Assembly: GCA_049976425.1 (NCBI GenBank)
Contig: JBMFIG010000006.1
Span: 1 to 64,000 of the forward strand
Reading direction: 5' to 3'
DNA: 64,000 nucleotides
DNA from: Thermoproteus sp.
GTDB lineage: Archaea > Thermoproteota > Thermoprotei > Thermoproteales > Thermoproteaceae
The notes beneath the pieces were generated by a model that worked only from the letters and a program-made list of their open reading frames with translations, made no database searches and was not told where the DNA came from. Made by a program: the position numbers and the translations under genes. Below, one piece after another: positions 60,357 through 64,000 of this stretch. Numbering within the stretch: position 1 is the stretch's first letter; each line of letters opens with the position of its first letter.

Positions 60357-61676
60357 ATGTCAGATTACCTGGAGAAGATAAAGGCGCAGATACCTAATCT
60401 ACAACCCTACGCCGGAAAATACGCCGATCCCATCGAGGGCGAGTACGTCGTATATACGGGGCCCGGCCAGCTCAAGGTGCCCGACAAGCTCGTCATAGGC
60501 TATATAGAGGGCGACGGAACAGGGCCCGAGGTAGCCTATGCCGCTATAAAGGTTGCCAACGCCGCGGTTGAGAAGGCGTACGGCGAGGCCCGCAAGGTGT
60601 TGTGGTACGAGGTCCTTGTGGGCTCCAAGGCCGAGAAGCTGTTGGGGAGCAGGTTGCCCGACCAGAGCGTCGAGGTCCTCAAGAAGATCAGAGTCTTCCT
60701 CAAGGCCCCTCTTGAGACGCCCGTAGGCGGCGGCTTCCGGAGCTTGAACGTGACGCTGAGGCAGATATTCGATCTGTACGCCAATATAAGGCCTGTGAAG
60801 TACTTCCCAGGTCTGCCCTCCCCTCTGAAGAATCCGGAGAAGGTGGACTTAGTCGTATTCAGGGAGAACACCGAGGACGTATACATGGGCATAGAGTGGC
60901 CCTGGAACGCGCCCGAGGCGGCGAAGCTACGCGACTTTCTGAAGAAGGAGTTGAAAGTAAATATCAGAGACGATGCCGGAATCGGCATAAAGCCCATAAG
61001 CAAGTTCGGGACCCAGAGGATAGCTAGGCTCGCCTTGAAGTTCGCCATCGAGAACAAGAGGAGATCCGTGACGATAATGCACAAGGGCAATATACAGAAG
61101 TACACCGAGGGCGCCTTCAGGGACTGGGCGTACGAGGTCGCCAGAACGGAGTTCAGAGATTACGTAGTGTTCGAGGAGGAATTGCCTCAGTACGGCGGAA
61201 AGGTGCCGCCCGGCAAGGTGCTCGTCAACGATAGGATCGCCGACAATATGCTCCAGCAACTGCTCACGCGCACGGGCGAATACGACGTAATCCTCGCGCC
61301 TAATCTCAACGGCGACTACGTTAGCGACGAGGCGGCCGGCTTAGTCGGAGGCCTCGGCGTAGCCCCCGGCATAGACGTAGGCGACTGGGGCATGATGGCG
61401 GAGCCCGTCCACGGCACGGCGCCTAAATACACCGGCAAGAACTACGTCAACCCAACCGCGACTATACTAGCTCTCGAGCTGTTGTTCAGATTCATAGGCT
61501 GGAGAGAGGCCGCCGACTTGATACTGAGGGGCGTCAGCAAGACCTACGAGGAGGGCTATTTCACTGGAGATCTCGCCAGGCAGATGACCGAGGAGGAGAA
61601 GAAGGTGGTTAAGGAGGTTCTGGGCACCCAAGAATTCGCCGAGAAGGTCGCCGAGATAATAAAAACTGAGCTCTAA
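60357..61676 (+). CDS. icd: NADP-dependent isocitrate dehydrogenase
   Basis: EGDGTG, TPVGGGFRSLNV, RENTED, HKGNI, NLNGDYVSD, HGTAPKY. Confidence 0.96.
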   Translation: MSDYLEKIKAQIPNLQPYAGKYADPIEGEYVVYTGPGQLKVPDKLVIGYIEGDGTGPEVAYAAIKVANAAVEKAYGEARKVLWYEVLVGSKAEKLLGSRLPDQSVEVLKKIRVFLKAPLETPVGGGFRSLNVTLRQIFDLYANIRPVKYFPGLPSPLKNPEKVDLVVFRENTEDVYMGIEWPWNAPEAAKLRDFLKKELKVNIRDDAGIGIKPISKFGTQRIARLALKFAIENKRRSVTIMHKGNIQKYTEGAFRDWAYEVARTEFRDYVVFEEELPQYGGKVPPGKVLVNDRIADNMLQQLLTRTGEYDVILAPNLNGDYVSDEAAGLVGGLGVAPGIDVGDWGMMAEPVHGTAPKYTGKNYVNPTATILALELLFRFIGWREAADLILRGVSKTYEEGYFTGDLARQMTEEEKKVVKEVLGTQEFAEKVAEIIKTEL

Positions 61677-61679
61677 AAA

Positions 61680-62168
61680 CTACACCTCTTTTGCATATAT
61701 AGACTCTATGGGTCTGAAGTTCATCTTTTTATAGAATTCTATTGCTATTTCATTGAGAGCAGGGAAGTCGGCCATTATCATCTGCGCGCCCTTGTGCCTC
61801 AAAGCATCCATGAGCTCTGACATCATCCTCTTGCCCAGACCTTTACGTCTGAACTCTGGCAGGATATAGAACTCCCTTATGATGCCCGCCATCCTCGGCT
61901 CGTAGAAGAGGCGATCCTCGACGTCGCCTACGACTACTCCTACAGCTCTTCCATCTATCTCTGCAACCAACACGACAGAGCTAGGGGACGATATTTTCGA
62001 CTTAATGTACTCCTTGGACACGGCGAGGAGGTTTTCGGCAGGCCTCAACAGCGGATCAAACTCGCCGTTTAGCTTTTTCAAACGCGCTATCAGATCAGCC
62101 AAGGCGTCAACATCGCTCTCCAACGCGGCCCGGATCACTATGTTGGGATACATGGTAGGAACCGCCAA
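61680..62168 (-). CDS. GNAT acetyltransferase
   Basis: YILPEFRRKGLGK, N..AIEFYKK; start may be 62153. Confidence 0.88.
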   Translation of the reverse strand: MAVPTMYPNIVIRAALESDVDALADLIARLKKLNGEFDPLLRPAENLLAVSKEYIKSKISSPSSVVLVAEIDGRAVGVVVGDVEDRLFYEPRMAGIIREFYILPEFRRKGLGKRMMSELMDALRHKGAQMIMADFPALNEIAIEFYKKMNFRPIESIYAKEV

Positions 62169-62192
62169 GACCCTATTAAAGCAATATTACGT

Positions 62193-63191
62193 CTAGATCG
62201 GAACTATATAACGCCTATCGCCTATCTCCACGTAGTACGCGACGCCGTCCCTATAGCCCGGGGCATCCATTATTCTCCGGCCCTCGACGTCTACGAACTC
62301 TCCATTCCTCACCTCGCCCTTCACGCCCCTCCCGACCCTCTCGGTCTTAACCTCGGTGAATCGATAAAGCGGGATCCGCGCGCGGTTGCCGCTGGATATA
62401 TCTACAACGTAGATGTCGTCGCGACCTACGTCGAGGACTAGATAATAGCTGGATCCCCTCCTCAACACATCGCCACTCTTAACTGTTATTATATAGATTG
62501 TTGCTGTATAATGATATATATCTCTATCCTTTTTTCTTCCCATCTTCTTGTAGCTCTCCACATAGTCGCTGGGGATAATCTCGTGTATTTTATGGGCTAT
62601 ATGTCTCGCCAGCTTGGGCTCCGTGGTGGATATCTCTAGGGATCGGCCTACGCGCTCGGCCGATATAACCGAGCCGAGGTTTTTGCCCCTCACCTCGAAG
62701 GCTACGTGTTCCAGAACTGCCTCTAACTTGACAAAGTCCTTATCGTCGAGCTCGTCGGGGAACCCTCTTATCCTCACGAGGCCTCTCTCGGAGCCCCAGA
62801 TATTCCTCCTACAGTCCAGGCAAACGTCCAGAACCACGTCGGCGATGTAGTGGGCCGAGAACTCGCGCGGTTTTATGAGCTCGTGGGGCGATCCCACGCC
62901 CGATATTCTGTAGGCCACCTTGTCGCCGCCCATCTCTACGTCCACGGACAAGATCCTCCCGCTGACCTTCACGTTGTCTTTGAGCAGTCTCTCCAACAAC
63001 GCCTTCTCGCTCTCTCTGCCTGGCCTTATCCAACGCCCCCTTATGTACAGCGCTCCGCAGTACTTACATTTCACCACGTTGAACTTCCTTATCTCGAGGA
63101 CGGGATGCCTCTCTAGGTAACAGCTCTCGCACATGCCTTCTATGAGCCTCTCCGCGGGCCGTCCGCAGATCGGGCATATGACGGTGGGCAC
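62193..63191 (-). CDS. nmd3: NMD3 family protein
   Basis: CPIC, CESC, CKYC, CLDC zinc knuckles. Confidence 0.85.
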   Translation of the reverse strand: MPTVICPICGRPAERLIEGMCESCYLERHPVLEIRKFNVVKCKYCGALYIRGRWIRPGRESEKALLERLLKDNVKVSGRILSVDVEMGGDKVAYRISGVGSPHELIKPREFSAHYIADVVLDVCLDCRRNIWGSERGLVRIRGFPDELDDKDFVKLEAVLEHVAFEVRGKNLGSVISAERVGRSLEISTTEPKLARHIAHKIHEIIPSDYVESYKKMGRKKDRDIYHYTATIYIITVKSGDVLRRGSSYYLVLDVGRDDIYVVDISSGNRARIPLYRFTEVKTERVGRGVKGEVRNGEFVDVEGRRIMDAPGYRDGVAYYVEIGDRRYIVPI

Positions 63192-63203
63192 TACGGAGGG
63201 CCT

Positions 63204-64000
63204 TCACCGCAATATATCTTTAATGTACTCCGCGATGGCCCGAGCCAACGGAGGCGGGACGGCCTCGCCCACCTGGTTGAATTGGCTGTCCTTAGGCCCG
63301 AAAAACACGTGGTGGTCGGGGAAGCCCATGAGTCTCGCCTGCTCTCTAACCGTGAGGAGCCTATTCTCCTCCGGATGTACAAAACGCCTACTGCCCATCA
63401 CGGTAGGAGCCAGCTCGTCCCACTTAAGCCTCACGAAGTTTCCGTATATCCCTGAGGCTCCTTTGAACTTCATCAAGGCATCTCCGGGCCTCAGCGTTGC
63501 TATCCTCTCGGCCTTCGACGGACTTAGAGTCACGGTGTCGTGGTTCGGAAAGCCCGAATCAACAGGCGGTAGCCCGGCCAAGGCTTGTCTAACCGTCGGC
63601 GGCTTGCTCCGCCTAGGCGTTATCTTGACGTTGGAGATAAACACTCTCTTTCTATGGCTCGGCACTCCGTGGTTTTCTGCAAGTAATATGTTGAAATATA
63701 CCTCGTCGAACCCCACTCTCTTGAACTCCCTCTCTAGGGCCTCCCTCAGCGGATCTTGGGCTATGCCCGGCACGTTCTCCAACACGAATATCCTAGGCTG
63801 TAGCTCGCCGACGAGCCTTATGAAGTGCAAGGTCAATTGGCCGAGGGGGTCTGTGTAGAGTCTGTCCAGCGGATTCTCCATACGCCTCGGGTTAGTGGCC
63901 GTGAACGGCTCGCAGGGCGATCCGCCGATCACGACGTCTACCTTGCCGACGTGTCTCTCCACCTCCCTATAACTGATCGAGTCGACGTCCTCCTCGAGGA
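63204..64000 (-). CDS. C5-cytosine methyltransferase (5'-truncated by the window)
   Basis: GGSPCEPF (IV), ENV (VI), RKRVF (VIII), RLLTVREQARLMGFPD (IX), GEAVPP (X); frame open to the window end. Confidence 0.92.
   Translation of the reverse strand, partial: LEEDVDSISYREVERHVGKVDVVIGGSPCEPFTATNPRRMENPLDRLYTDPLGQLTLHFIRLVGELQPRIFVLENVPGIAQDPLREALEREFKRVGFDEVYFNILLAENHGVPSHRKRVFISNVKITPRRSKPPTVRQALAGLPPVDSGFPNHDTVTLSPSKAERIATLRPGDALMKFKGASGIYGNFVRLKWDELAPTVMGSRRFVHPEENRLLTVREQARLMGFPDHHVFFGPKDSQFNQVGEAVPPPLARAIAEYIKDILR

Overview
Core-genome segment of a GC-rich hyperthermophilic crenarchaeon of the Thermoproteaceae (Thermoproteus/Pyrobaculum-like). The assignment is inferred from tRNA introns at non-canonical positions, fragmented ribosomal operons, eL38, a K+-independent H+-PPase and leaderless genes. 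About 75 protein genes are supported. They include a tetrapyrrole cluster (hemC, hemA, hemL, cobA, hemD, sirC, hemB) with a distant fused AhbAB, ribosomal proteins, AtpI/HppA, aGPBP, a solo Cas4, thrS, pheT, pgk-gap, egsA, DGGGP synthase, TIP49, prpB-prpD, citrate synthase, icd, NMD3 and a partial C5-methyltransferase. RNA genes missed by the ORF track are tRNA-Trp(CCA) with a 30/31 intron, tRNA-Ala(UGC) with introns at 25/26 and 45/46, four box C/D sRNA candidates and one promoter-driven structured RNA. No CRISPR array, transposase or integrase was seen. The main unexplained signals are (1) many sharply bounded 70-300 bp AT-rich patches (about 11-17% GC where counted) inside otherwise GC-rich conserved genes, (2) two PduO-fold paralogues sharing altered active-site motifs and four Cys, and (3) a switch-like structured RNA upstream of one of them. 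All calls come from reading the sequence by eye; no database searches were run.
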